Shown here in pieces: positions 40,124 through 51,693 of a stretch of 64,000 nucleotides of DNA. How positions within the stretch are numbered: the first letter of the stretch is position 1; each line of letters starts with the position of its first letter. The notes under the pieces were generated by a model. The model was not told where the DNA came from, did not search any database, and saw only the letters and a list, made by a program, of their open reading frames with translations. A program made the translations under genes and the position numbers. Source of the DNA: Lama glama (lineage: Eukaryota); contig CM052818.1 of the NCBI GenBank assembly GCA_028534125.1, positions 21,826,001 through 21,890,000 on the forward strand. The letters are read 5' to 3'.

Positions 40124-40234
40124 CACAGCTATGGAATCAACGGGGTAGTGACGATGTACAGACCAATCTGCCCACAATAAACTAAGAGACGGACTGTCTC
40201 CATCAGCTATGTCCCCCTTGATTCCATAGCTGTG
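40124..40234. repeat. Inverted repeat / hairpin (MITE-like)
   Basis: cacagctatggaatcaa (40124-40140) is the exact reverse complement of ttgattccatagctgtg (40218-40234); imperfect pairing continues inward. Confidence 0.9.
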
Positions 40235-43200
40235 TCTTCAACAGAACTGTCAAATTAGCAGATTAGCAGTCACAAATCAGTGACACTATTTCCAGACATT
40301 GTATCTTTCAGCTATATTCACCAACGAACAGAAACAACAGGATCATTTCCAAATATAAATGACAATATATATTTTATAGGAACATTAAACCAGACTTGTC
40401 AAAAGTCCTGTTTACCCTCTTACCAGTATCCCATCTTTTCTCCCATTCTCCTGTCCAGGAACTCATCTACCCAAGGTTGGACAGTAAATGGTGTTTCCCC
40501 CAGCTTCCCTCATGCCTAACGTAACTCTTTTTCATCTTTTGCTCACATTTTAATCTTAGGTACAACAGTATTTCTCCCTTCCTACTTCCTCTTTTCATAT
40601 TCCAGTTTTTGTCCAGTTACAGAAAAACTCTTCTTCCCTCTCTCGTTAAAAATAATAAAGTTCTAATCAGAGCTTCTAAGCAAAATGTAAAAAGCACCAT
40701 ACATTCCAAATTTCCCGCTGATAATTTAAGCCATCTACAAAGGGAGCACAGTTGTAATAAAGATTGAGGAAGAGTGTTTGTTACCAGAATATAAGATCAA
40801 TGAGGGCAGGGATTTAGTCTGTTTTGTTGGGCCTCCAGCGTAGAATGGAGCCTTGCATATAAGAAAGCACTCAGCGAATGCAAGAATGGGGGCTGGGGAG
40901 GTCTGGCGGAGGGGGTTGAGTAGCCTACAGACTAAACGTTATTAAATACTACTAAGTTATACTAAATTTTTTACTTTTCAGTTGGCCGGTAGCCTAGAGT
41001 GAGTACAAGTAACAGGAAGCCTCCCATATCTAAGCTTGATCTCCCATGCATTCTATCACTTACAGTTGCCTTGAGTTTAATTGTTTCCTCTTTGTAAGAG
41101 ACTAAGGGCTACCTGCGTTCAGCAGATAACGCCAGTTCATTATCTAGGTTAAGCACTCATGAGTAATATGCACACTCCTAGATTCTTACTCATTAAGAAC
41201 ATGTTAACCACTCCCTTATCAACGTTAGGAGTGCACTTACACACAGCTACATCAAGAAAATGCAACTATTACTGAAGAATTAGCAACATTACTCTCAAGC
41301 TTTAAAAGCGCTTTGAAATCCTTCAGAACTTCACAAATTTATCAAATCTGCTTCTTCTCAGGTTATGGCCTATGTAGCAAACAAAATCTATTCACTTGGG
41401 TTTTTTCTTATGTTACAAATTTATTATATCTAATGATTACATAACCACATTTAAAAAGTCTTCCATGAAGGAAAAGGCTTTTCATGTTTCTTTCATACAA
41501 ATGTACCTTTCAGTCACAGTCTATTTTGAAGTGGGGGGTCATCCTACACAGACAAAAAGCACAGGAGTCTTCCAATGGTTGTCTCTCCTCTCTGAATATC
41601 AGGCCATGTTTTAGTAAATCTTCTTTTGTTCAAAAGGATGCAAAAACAGTTTTCCAACTAGTGTTATGTTTTTAAACTTTAAGATCTTTAATTTTCAAGA
41701 AATAAACCAACTCAAAGCCAATAAATATAATCTTGATATTTCAACATACTCCAAAGAAAACTTTGAATCCATTTCTAGCACTATTAAGCTATTTATTAAG
41801 TCATAAAATCTTTAAATGGCAAATTCTGCTTTAAATGTTGCAAACCATGTTAAATGTCTAAATATATAAAAGCAAAATACTACAATTGACTGTTATGCTA
41901 CTAGGGTCTCCAAATTCAGTATATTATTACAAAGGGCATCATTATGTTAAAATACTGTACAAGTTAGCTACAGCAAAACAGAAAGAAAAAATTTTACTTG
42001 AGAAATTCCCTGTGTAATGACTTGCCATAATTTAGAGAAAAATGCTTATGTACGTTATAAACATTAAATTGAAGGGGAGAAATAAAACTCTCTAGAAAAA
42101 AACCAAAAAGTATGAACTACCACATAGCATTTGTTTCCAAAGTTGCTAGATGATACTAAAAACTAAATCTCAAAATCGTCACAAAGCCTAAGAAATGAAA
42201 CTACAGTAGATAGACTACACTTCTGGAAAATTTCATAACATTATCAAGAATTTAGTGAAGACTTATTTTTATAACACTGATTCAACTACCTGATCAAATC
42301 ACTCCTGTTAGTCTAAATGGTGGTTTGGTTTGGGGGTCAAACCTGATAGAATGTTGAAAAGTAACTCAAGTTAAATCTGCACAAGAAGGTTAAATAAATC
42401 ACCTTAGAAATGTTTCATTTGAAAAAAATTCCAAGATGGCTAATCAGAGATATCAGCATACTTAAATTAGTTTAAAAGACCAAAAGTTATTTTAAATCAA
42501 TGTTTTGATATAAACAAGTATCACCAAAAGCAAGGAAAAAACAAAAACAGATTATGAAACTCCTGTATCATTTTCACCTATACTTGTTACATCAGTTTCT
42601 AGAAGTTGATGACAAACTGTCATTTTATAAATCTTATGTCAAGAAAAAAATATAAAAATCAATATTCCCAAATCTACCTTCACTGTTTTGTTTGAGTACA
42701 AGATAGTGAGATGGGAAGTAACCCAGATTACACTTACAGAGTTTACCCAGTTTCTAGGAATCGTATCTCATATCTCCAATTAATCAATCCTCCTAATCCA
42801 CAAGTCTGCTGATAATGATATATAAGATACATTCTACAATAAAACTTTTAAGCTACTAATATACATAGCAGTATTCAGTTTCTATCCAAATTCTGAAATT
42901 AATTCACTGAGAAAAAATTAAAAGAATCAAGTACAACGTGAAAAATCAACGCAAATTCATATTCCCCCAAATTCTCTTACCACTAATTATAATTTTTTAA
43001 GCTATTACTTGAATAAACTTTATTAGAATTTCAGAATTAAAAAAAATTTTTTAACTTTAGAACTGATACTATTAGTTGTTTCCCAACTAAAACTTTTGCT
43101 TATTATCAGTGAACTATGAAAGGTCTATTTTACAAAAAAGTAAAATACCATGTGTTATATTTTAATAAGTTAATTTTATTCACTTTATTAACATCTTATG

Positions 43201-45871
43201 GACTACTGGAGAGTTAGAATGATACTACTTTATTACTTTCTATGCTAGATAATATCAAAAAATACTTTAAAATAGTTACATATAATATACAAATATTCAC
43301 ATAACGTAGTTGTGTAACTAACACCAATGAATGTGAAAGGAGAAAAAATTCACTCTGGTATCATGTGCAGTAACAGAAATGTTTACCAATCCATCTACAA
43401 GGACATGTTTGCAATCATTCCACTATTGGCTCTGCCAGTTTTTAATAAAACTCCACAGTCGTTAAACAATACTATGGCAAATTCTACAAGAGATAGTTTA
43501 TCAACATCACATTTTAATTCAAAGGACTCCACAAAAAAAAAAAGTACAAGAGAGAGAGCCACTTTTTTAACCTTCTCCAACTTGTGAATCAGGTGTTCTT
43601 AGAAGCACAGCTATTCAGACACTACACTATTCCTCCATATGATGTACTCTTAAGGGAATTGGTAATTATACATGAATTACTAACATAAAACGGTATTTAC
43701 TGACAAAACTATCAGACAAACTGAAAAGGCGTTCACTTATTCCTAGAGTCTCTTTGGAAATCAGACACCCAGTATAGGAAAACAGGTGTTGAAAGCTGTG
43801 CTGGTCACTTCTAAGAGAATTACAACATGAACAAATCCGAAGGATCAGATATAAGAAATTGGGGAAATCTTAACTAAGGGGTATGAAAGAGCAAATACAA
43901 ATACTATTCCATGCTGATAATGGAACATAAGGAACCACTGCAGAAACTGTGGTAAGACTTTTTATGAGAGCAAAAATAAATGAAGAGGAGAAAACACAAA
44001 CAACGATTAAAAAAAAGAGAAAGACATTGAGAGGCCATAGGAGGCACAGTAAAAATCAAGATTATCCTTGAAAGAAAATCTGTTGACTAACAAAATCTGT
44101 TCTAAATACCAAATAAAAGTTCTACTGAAACAACCCAATGCCCATTCAGGGAGTCTACAAAAATATTTAAGAAATTACCATTTTAATAGCATAACTTCAA
44201 ATATATTTTTTAAAAGGTTGTATATTTGGAAAAGACTTACAATAAATAGAATAACCTGCCTCACTACTTACTTAGAAACGCTCTATTTGAAAGTAGGCCA
44301 ACAGTAAGAACTTCGCTATTGCACAACAGAGAAAGTAAATTAAATAATGCCTATTAACATTCAGTGTTGATGGCAGGTTTCTCCATCTCTTAAAACATAC
44401 TGATTTACACTGTCTACCCTACCACTTCTACATCCACGGAGTAGCTCAAATAAAGTGAGTTCCTGTGTTAATCCCACAAAAAACCTTGGTAATTCCCCCA
44501 TCACAGGAGTTGTAAACGTTTGTTAACAGAAAAAGAATGTTTTTCCCAAAATAGCTACATAACACGAAGACTACTCAAATTCCTAAATAATCCTTTACAA
44601 GATTCCTGCCAAATTTATTTTGATACATTAAACATGTGGAGCCTATTTTAAATGGTCTTTAATAGAGACTTCATCAAGACAACTTCCTAGTTGTTCTTAA
44701 TAATGTCTTTTTTCTAAAGTTTCCAAGTTGTTTTTAAGCCAACTTGAATACTGATTAATGTGAACCGCTATCAAATGTTTAAGAAGCATTTTCGCCAAAC
44801 AAGACGGGCAAATGTTCTAGATCTGCTCAATCTGACATTAGAGGTCGTGAGACTTAAAAAAACGAAATAACTATTTCCAATTCTCATTGAGCCCTTCATT
44901 TTTAAAATAACTTCAGGGTTATTCTCACACTCTAATAATACAATCTGTTTTCTGGTTTTAGTTTTTTGTTTTTTTTAAAGACGGTAGGCTCGGTTACATT
45001 ATAAAAAAAACTGACCTGCCACTTAAAGCTAGTGAGTATACTCTTAATGGGTCCCTAGTAGATTTGGGATACTGACGATAGCAGTTTCATTAAAGAGCTT
45101 CACTGGTGGAGAAAAAAGAAAAAGAAAAAAAGAATGACATCCAAAAAGGACTGCTGGGGAAGGCAGGGAAGAGAAGACCGGAGTCTGCTGAGAAGAGAAA
45201 GAGAAACGATTTAAAGCCACTAAGGAGGAAGGAGATGGTGAGACGCATAGACAGAAGAGTGAGAAAAAAGATTTAACAAGGAAGTGAAGTGGAGCGCAGA
45301 GGAGGGCAGAAGCTAATGAGGAAACAAACGGGAAAAAGCAGTGTTTTCAAATAGGCATGCACCAGGAAGGGATGAGTTAAGGCCTGGTGTAGCCCCAGTG
45401 CTTTTAAGTGAAAGATGCTCGCAGAGAATAGGGACAAGCAGTTTACTTCCAGGCGTTGGAGCAAACTAAATTTCCCTGCCATGAGCCTCTCCCAGCCTCG
45501 GCCGAGCGCGGAGGCGGCGGCTGGGGAAGGGGCCTAGCCAGGAGCCAGGCCCGGGGTTTCGCTCCTGCAGGCTCCGCAGCCGAAGGAAAGAGAAGAGGAT
45601 CAGACGGGCAGAGGCCCCAGTCGCCGCACGGCGACACCCCTAAAACGGTCCGGGGCCTCGGCGGTACCCGCGAGCCGCTACCCCCGCGGCGGAGCGCCCA
45701 GCGGCCTTACCTGGGGCGAGGGAGGGAGGCGAGGTCTAGGGCGTCCGCTTGCGCCCGCCGCAGAGTCCCCTGCTGCACTCAGCCCAGGCTTCCAACGGAG
45801 GCGCGACCCTGCCTCAGCCGCCGCTTCCCCCTCGGGGTCTCGGCCACCGCCTCCGCCGCCTTCGGGGCTGT

Positions 45872-45991
45872 TTACACTGTCGGGCCCCGCACGCCGCCGC
45901 CGCCGCCGCTGCCGCCTTCTCTCCACCCTAGCGCCGTTGCCGATTCTGCCGCCGCCACCTCCTCCGCCGCAGCCTCGTCTCTCTGGAGCAT
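45872..45991 (-). CDS. Upstream ORF 2 in PPM1B exon 1, 39 aa (MLQRDEAAAEEVAAAESATALGWREGGSGGGGGVRGPTV); translation unproven
   Basis: GGAAG-ATG-C (A at -3) to TAA, translated by hand from the minus strand. Confidence 0.5.
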   Translation of the reverse strand: MLQRDEAAAEEVAAAESATALGWREGGSGGGGGVRGPTV

Positions 45992-46074
45992 CTTCCAGCC
46001 ACCGAACCCTGAGAAACAGAGACGCCAGCCGCGCCGGCAGGAAACTCCCCCGCAACTGTAGGGGGACGAGGCAG

Positions 46075-46101
46075 TCAGAGCACCGGCGGCTTTTCCGCCA
46101 T
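46075..46101 (-). CDS. Upstream ORF 1, 8 aa (MAEKPPVL); translation unproven
   Basis: ATG GCG GAA AAG CCG CCG GTG CTC TGA near the presumed TSS; overlaps the YY1-like motif. Confidence 0.35.
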   Translation of the reverse strand: MAEKPPVL

Positions 46102-46338
46102 TGAGCAGCAGCCGCTGGGCTCCTTCTGCAACCCCCTCCCCGCTCCCTGTCCTTCCCCGCCCCTCGGCGAGCCCCGCCCCCAGCTCCTACCCGTACTGAC
46201 GCCGCGCGGCCTCCCGCTGCTCGCGGTTTGCTGGCCGGCCCGTCAATCATCGCCCTCCCTCCCACTCCGGCGGCCCCTGTACCTCCATACCTAGTTTTCT
46301 CCGCCCACAATGCCCCGCCTCTGGGTTCCTAATTTCCC

Positions 46339-47015
46339 ATTGGACGTCAGTGACCACCTTCAATTGGCAAGGTCAACTATCCATCAAACACCGCCCACTG
46401 AGTGAGACCCAACCCTTCATTACCATTTACTTCATTCAGGCCCGCCTCTGCTCTACCTCCTGGCCCGAACTCTCAGTCATTGGCTTTCTCTACATGTCTG
46501 TCACCGAACCAATTTCCAAGTCCGTCACACCGGCTTTTTTTAAATGAACGCGCAAAAGGCGGGGAAGTATTCGAAAAGCGATTGGCTAGTGTTCGAAAAT
46601 GGGCAAACCCAGAGAGTCTGTAGGGTTGTTTCCCGTTGTGTGAGGGCTGTGCCCCTTTATTTTTGACCTCTAAGTCTTGCGTAAAACAAACGCCATAAAG
46701 GAGGCAACGGGCCGTCCAATTATAGGTGTGGAAGCCTAGTCCCACCCCGAATTGCAGGGGGTCGCCTGCTGATTGGCTAACAAAGTCCTACCAGGCCCTC
46801 ATTGGAGGCTATAAACGCCACTCAGGCGTAGAGACGGGAAGGGATGGCACCAGCGAGGACAAGAAGTGATCTAGGGAGAGGCGGTTGTTTTGCTTTAGAC
46901 TGCGGGTGGGGCGCACGCGGGAGAGGGAAACTGGGAAGGCAGGGCTCTGGGGGAAGTGTTGCGGGGAGGGGAAAGGCCCGGATGTTCCCTAACAATGAAA
47001 TCATCGCCGGCCAAT
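46339..47015. promoter_or_regulatory. Upstream promoter with CCAAT-box (NF-Y) cluster, CRE-like site and a plus-strand TATA-like box; probably bidirectional
   Basis: CCAAT/ATTGG at 46339, 46363, 46479, 46509, 46581, 46716, 46772, 46801, 47011; GACGTCA at 46343; TATAAA at 46810. Confidence 0.7.
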
Positions 47016-47864
47016 CAGAGCAGCTGAACTGGGATACCTGCCTGACCTGTCCTCAGAAGGAAACAGAACGAGTTAGTGAGCGGGAAATTAGGGTGTCAGG
47101 AAAGGCCAAAAAGTGACGAGAAAATGGGACAGGTGATCCCTTCAGGAGTATTCCGTGCTGTTAGGGGTTATTTTTATTCCTTTATGCCTGACATTCAGCC
47201 TTTGACATTTCCGTGTTTTGTTTCTTAGTCAACATTGATTTTAGAAACTCTCGGCCTGGACTCTGATATTTATTCGTTCTCTCCAGTTATTGAGTGCGTG
47301 TTATTTGCCAGGCACTGTGTGTAGAGCTGAGATACAAAAATTAATTAAGTAATCCCAGTATGAGATGATGGGTGCTATAACTGAAACGTGGAAAGGACGG
47401 TGGTGACATAAAGGATACTTCCTGTGGGTAAGTTTATGAGGAAGGCTTCACAAAGATACAGGATGGGTCTAGAATGAATGATTCAATAGGCAGAAGAGGG
47501 CCATGGACATAATTCCTCCAGCAATTAAATTAGACTAAAACATCATGCCAGGTTAGTCCACCCGCTCCCCTCCCCACCAACCCACCAAAAGAAATAAAAC
47601 TAAAGTGTAATGAAAGCATCCTAATACCTTAAGATAAATTTTTTTTAATGAAAAAGATTTAAATCTTATTCATACTTTTGCGTAAATTGGTTTGGGCAGA
47701 AAATTACACTAAGACCTGAGTGCTATTCAGTTCAGGAGCTGTTGATGTTTTGGGGAGAAGGGCAAATTTAAGAATAGGGCGATTGTCTTGGCCATGGTGT
47801 GGATGGCAGAAATAAAGACTCGATTGCAATTCATATTTCTTAATCTACTCAAGTTTGTGTAAGG

Positions 47865-48032
47865 GTAGTGTTTCTTTCAGCATAGTGGCTAAACCACCAA
47901 CATCAGAATCACCTGAGGTGCAGATTCCTCTTTCCATTCACATCTATAATATTAGGGACTCTGGGGACAAGGGTAAATTTTTAAACAGCTCTCCCAGGTG
48001 ATTTTTATGCATACCAATGATTGAGATCCTCT
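47865..48032. mobile_element. MER5A-like hAT element
   Basis: catcagaatcacctg...gcagattcct...ttaaacagctctcccaggtgatttttatgc...ttgagatcctct. Confidence 0.7.
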
Positions 48033-49377
48033 AGTATAGGTTATAGAGACACCATAAGCTAAAATTCAGCTTCCCTACTTCTGCATGTTGGAAAGAAAAA
48101 CAATGAGAAAAGGAGGCCCATTTAGATTTTACCTTTCCCTTGTCCCCTTTATCATCAGTATGGCATCATACAATTCTCAGGAATTATTTCTTAAATGACT
48201 CAAAGAATCCATTTCCTTGAATCATACTTCTTTGCCTGACACACCTTTTATAAGGTTAAGAGAATCTGGGATCACAGATCCCAAAATGGGAATCATGCTA
48301 AAGATCATGAAAGTGGGGACATCCAGGGACTCTTGTCCAGAGAATCCAAGCAACCTCAAAGGGCATCAGAATTTCCTTGGTCTGCTTGATTTCCTTCTCA
48401 TGTTCCCTTGGTTGACCTCAAATCTAATACAAACCACAATCATTTTGAGCTGATGATTTTCCAGCATTCATTCTTTCAATCACTAAAAATTAGGTGAATA
48501 TTGTTCTAGGTGCTGAGAATACAACAGGGATCAAAAAGATATTTAGGTTAACTGTTGTTATTTATTCAATTAAAGCACTAAACTAATAAAGAAGGCCCAA
48601 CAAGATTCACAAAATTCGTGTGTGCCATCATAAACATACCACGTGTCGTAACATTGAGTACCATCATAGTGGGCTCTGCTACTAACCAGCTGTGTGGCTT
48701 CAGCTAATTACTAAGCTCTCTGAACCTTGGTTTGTTTTTCTGTAAGATAGGAATCATAACATCTTCTTCCAGAGTCAGATGAGGAACTTTAGACACTCTT
48801 AGTAATGCAAAGCACTCCCCAATATATAATTTAAAATGGAAACAATACTAAATGTAATGTAGAAATGGTTCTGATTTTTCTAATGTTGACTATGGTACTC
48901 TGAAGTTCTTTTTTAAATAAGACATCAGATATCAATTTTCTCCAAACAATTTTGGGTGCCCCAGTTTTGCTGGTGCACTAAACCCATATTTGGTAATCCA
49001 GTGTTGCCTACTTCACGTGATTGTTTCAAAGATTAAATGGGATATGTTATATAATAGCATGAAATACATTGCCTGTCACAGCTCAATCGGAAGTTTTACC
49101 ATATAGCAGAAATTTCACTTATTCATTCAGCATATTTGTGTACCTGTTATATGCAGATGACTATTCTCTGACAAGGAGCTTCAGTGTCAAACTTCAAGTA
49201 GTCTGATTTGAACAGATTGATCCACTCCCTTCTTAACCACTGGAAATGTTCCACTAATAAACCTGTTTTCTTCACTTAAAAAAAATTCAGCACTCTACAA
49301 ATATTTATTAAGCATTCGCTATGAATCAGGTACTATAGTAGGTGACAGGCACTGCTGTCTATGGAATTAATGAACTG

Positions 49378-50136
49378 GGATATTATGCTATATAATAAGA
49401 AATATATACTTGTTCTTCATCCCTGGTTCCTGGCACAGAGCTTCCAAAAGGGGTGAGAGGAGACTTTTTTGTGATTCATAATAAGCCCCTCTGAACCACA
49501 CCTGAATTTATGCTAATGAAGTAACTGTTGGAGAATGGGTGCTGATTGCCAGAGGAATCAACCGTGTAATGAGAGGTGAAGAACTTTCAGCCCAACCTCT
49601 GGGGAAGGAAGAGAGCGCACCTGTAGTTAATGATTTAATCAACCATGCCTATGCAATGAGCCCCCATAAAAATCCTCAGTGGCAGGGTTCGGAGAACTCC
49701 TCGGTTGGTGAACACATCGAGGTGCTGGGAGGGTGACGAGCCCTGAGAAGGCATGAAAGTTCCACATCCTCTCCCAACTAGCTTGCCCTGTGCATCTCTT
49801 CCATTTGGCTGTTCCTGAGTCGTATCCGTTATCATGAAGCGTCTTCCTGAGTTCTGTGAGTGGTTCTAGAAAATTATCAAACCCCAGGAGGGAAGCCCTA
49901 ATTTATAGCTGGTTGGTCAGAAGTACAGGCCACACCCTGGCATGGGTGACTGGTCTCTGAAGTGGCAGGGTGGTGGGGTGGTGGGGGCAGTGTTCTTGTG
50001 GGATTAAACCTTTGAACCTGTAGGGGCTGTGCTAACTCTGGGTAGTTAGTGTCAGAATTGTTTAACGTGAGGAAAACCACCCACATGTTTGGTGTCAGAA
50101 GCATTGTGAGTAGAGCAAGAAAAAGTTTTCCCTTTC
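49378..50136 (+). mobile_element. Solo LTR, MER21-like (ERVL)
   Basis: cctggttcctggcacagagc...cacacctgaatttatgctaatga...cttcctgagttctgtgag...aaattatcaaaccc...gttagtgtcagaatt. Confidence 0.85.
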
Positions 50137-50299
50137 ATTGATCATTACTACTTTCTTAGAAATGTTCAACTCTGACTTTCATGAACACACAATATAGTTT
50201 CTCTTAAAGGTGCTTCTCAGAGAAGGACAGTTCCAGAGAAGGACGCTTTAGAACTGAGGCTCTATCATCCTAATGTATCTGGGGATCCAGCAAGAACTG

Positions 50300-50625
50300 G
50301 GCCACACATGCTAAAAATTATCTTTAAAATCCATAGAATTTTGCCCTCTGCTCCATACTTAATACTTACTGTAATACTAAAATATAAGACAGTGTCTCCT
50401 TCCTCACTAATATTTTTTGTTATAGAAAGTACTGACATTTCACCAAAAAATACTATTTATGTGAATATATAACATGAATTAATATTTTAAAATTTCACAA
50501 TTTTAATTTCTAGTACAAAAAATATCTATAGATATAACCCACACAGACAAAAGCTCTTTGGGTACTCAGTCATTCATAGGAGTGCAAAGAGACCCTGAGA
50601 CCAAACTGTCTGAAATCCTCTAAAT
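50300..50625. mobile_element. Charlie1-like hAT terminal fragment
   Basis: gatataacccacacagacaaaagctctttggg...ccctgagaccaaa. Confidence 0.7.
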
Positions 50626-50627
50626 CA

Positions 50628-50791
50628 GGGGAGAGTATAGTTCAGTGGTTGAGTGCATGCCTAGCAGGCATGAAGGTCCTGGGTTCAACCCCCAGTACCT
50701 CTACCATAAGTAATAAAGAAATAGATAAACCTAATTACCTCCTCCTCTAAAGAGTTTTTTTTAATTAAAAAAATTTTTTTAATTAAAAAAA
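50628..50791 (+). mobile_element. Vic-1-like tRNA SINE
   Basis: GGGGAGAGTATAGTTCAGTGG...GGGTTCAACCCCCAGTACCTC; degenerate TSD gaaa..ctctaaat on both sides. Confidence 0.88.
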
Positions 50792-51162
50792 GAAAACTGC
50801 TCTAAATTATACTCCACCTAAGGCTAGCTCCAAGAGTAAGCTAGCTTTAGTCAGTTTAATAAACTGGGGAAGAGGAGGATGGGAGAAAAAAGGATGGCCC
50901 AGAAGGTAGAATGCCTGCCTCCCTTATCTCCACTCTCTTTTCTTCCCCTTTACTTATTTTTAAGCCTTTTCAGATTTCCTCTCCCTGCTGAATCCCTGTA
51001 GCACTTTGCTGCTCTAGTCCTAGAGAACTTATCCTGTTCTATTTCCTATTTCAATTATTTCGGTAACTTATTGTTCCAACATGCTACCCTCTCTGAAGGA
51101 CATGTATGTGAGCAAGTGTATGCACCCACAAGCACACCTGTGCGTGCACACGCACACACCCA

Positions 51163-51693
51163 ATGAGAAGTTCTTAACTTGGGGTCCACAGAGTCCAGGG
51201 GAATTGAATTTACAAGCTTATGAACTTAGAGGAGAAAAAAACTACACATTTATTTATATTAACCTCTAGTTGAAATTTAGCATTTATTTCTTATGAATGT
51301 GGACAACAAACCATAGAAGCACTAACAGTACCTGTGACTTTATCACCAATAGAGATTACTGATATTTTTATATCACATTGAGTTGGGACAGATTTGTCAA
51401 AATACCATTTACAATCAACACTATTTTGAAACTACAGGAATTATTAAACTCACCGCTTGATCTTGTTATTGAAAGCATTGATAAAGAAGCACATATATTA
51501 CTGTATTGCAAATTTGTTTTTTTTAATAGTTTGATGACTTTCAGTATAATTGATTCCTTTAAAATCTTATGAACTTTATTTTATGTATTTTAAAACCTTA
51601 TTCCTTGATTATTATTGATTGATCTGAGATTATTGACAGGATCCATCAAAGGTGTCCTTTGCCAAAAAAAAGTACGGGGAGTAATAACCCCTG
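51163..51693. mobile_element. hAT element, MER113-like
   Basis: Termini gttcttaacttggggtcca / taataacccctg; about 530 bp. Confidence 0.6.

Larger units (their letters stand above)
45711..46120 (-). other. PPM1B: PPM1B non-coding exon 1 (5'UTR); TSS position approximate
   Basis: Inside the CpG island; strong donor CCAG|GTAAGG at 45711/45710; GC-rich text resembles the PPM1B 5'UTR as I remember it from human (not verified). Confidence 0.88.
45495..46320. promoter_or_regulatory. CpG island / PPM1B promoter and exon 1
   Basis: Very GC- and CpG-rich block in otherwise AT-rich DNA. GC boxes (CCCCGCCC ~46155, ~46172; GCCCCGCCT ~46312), YY1-like core CCGCCAT at 46095-46101, CRE half-site TGACG at 46197. 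Confidence 0.95.

Noticed and set aside
45711..45760. N-terminal extension of PPM1B from exon 1
   Set aside because: An in-frame TAG (CCC-TAG-ACC, ~45738-45736) closes the main frame shortly upstream of the AUG.
45456..46310. 201-aa (+) and 210-aa (-) ORFs over the CpG island
   Set aside because: Low-complexity Arg/Gly/Pro/Ala translations typical of stop-poor GC-rich DNA; the minus one has a non-AUG start upstream of the likely TSS and runs through the exon 1 donor.
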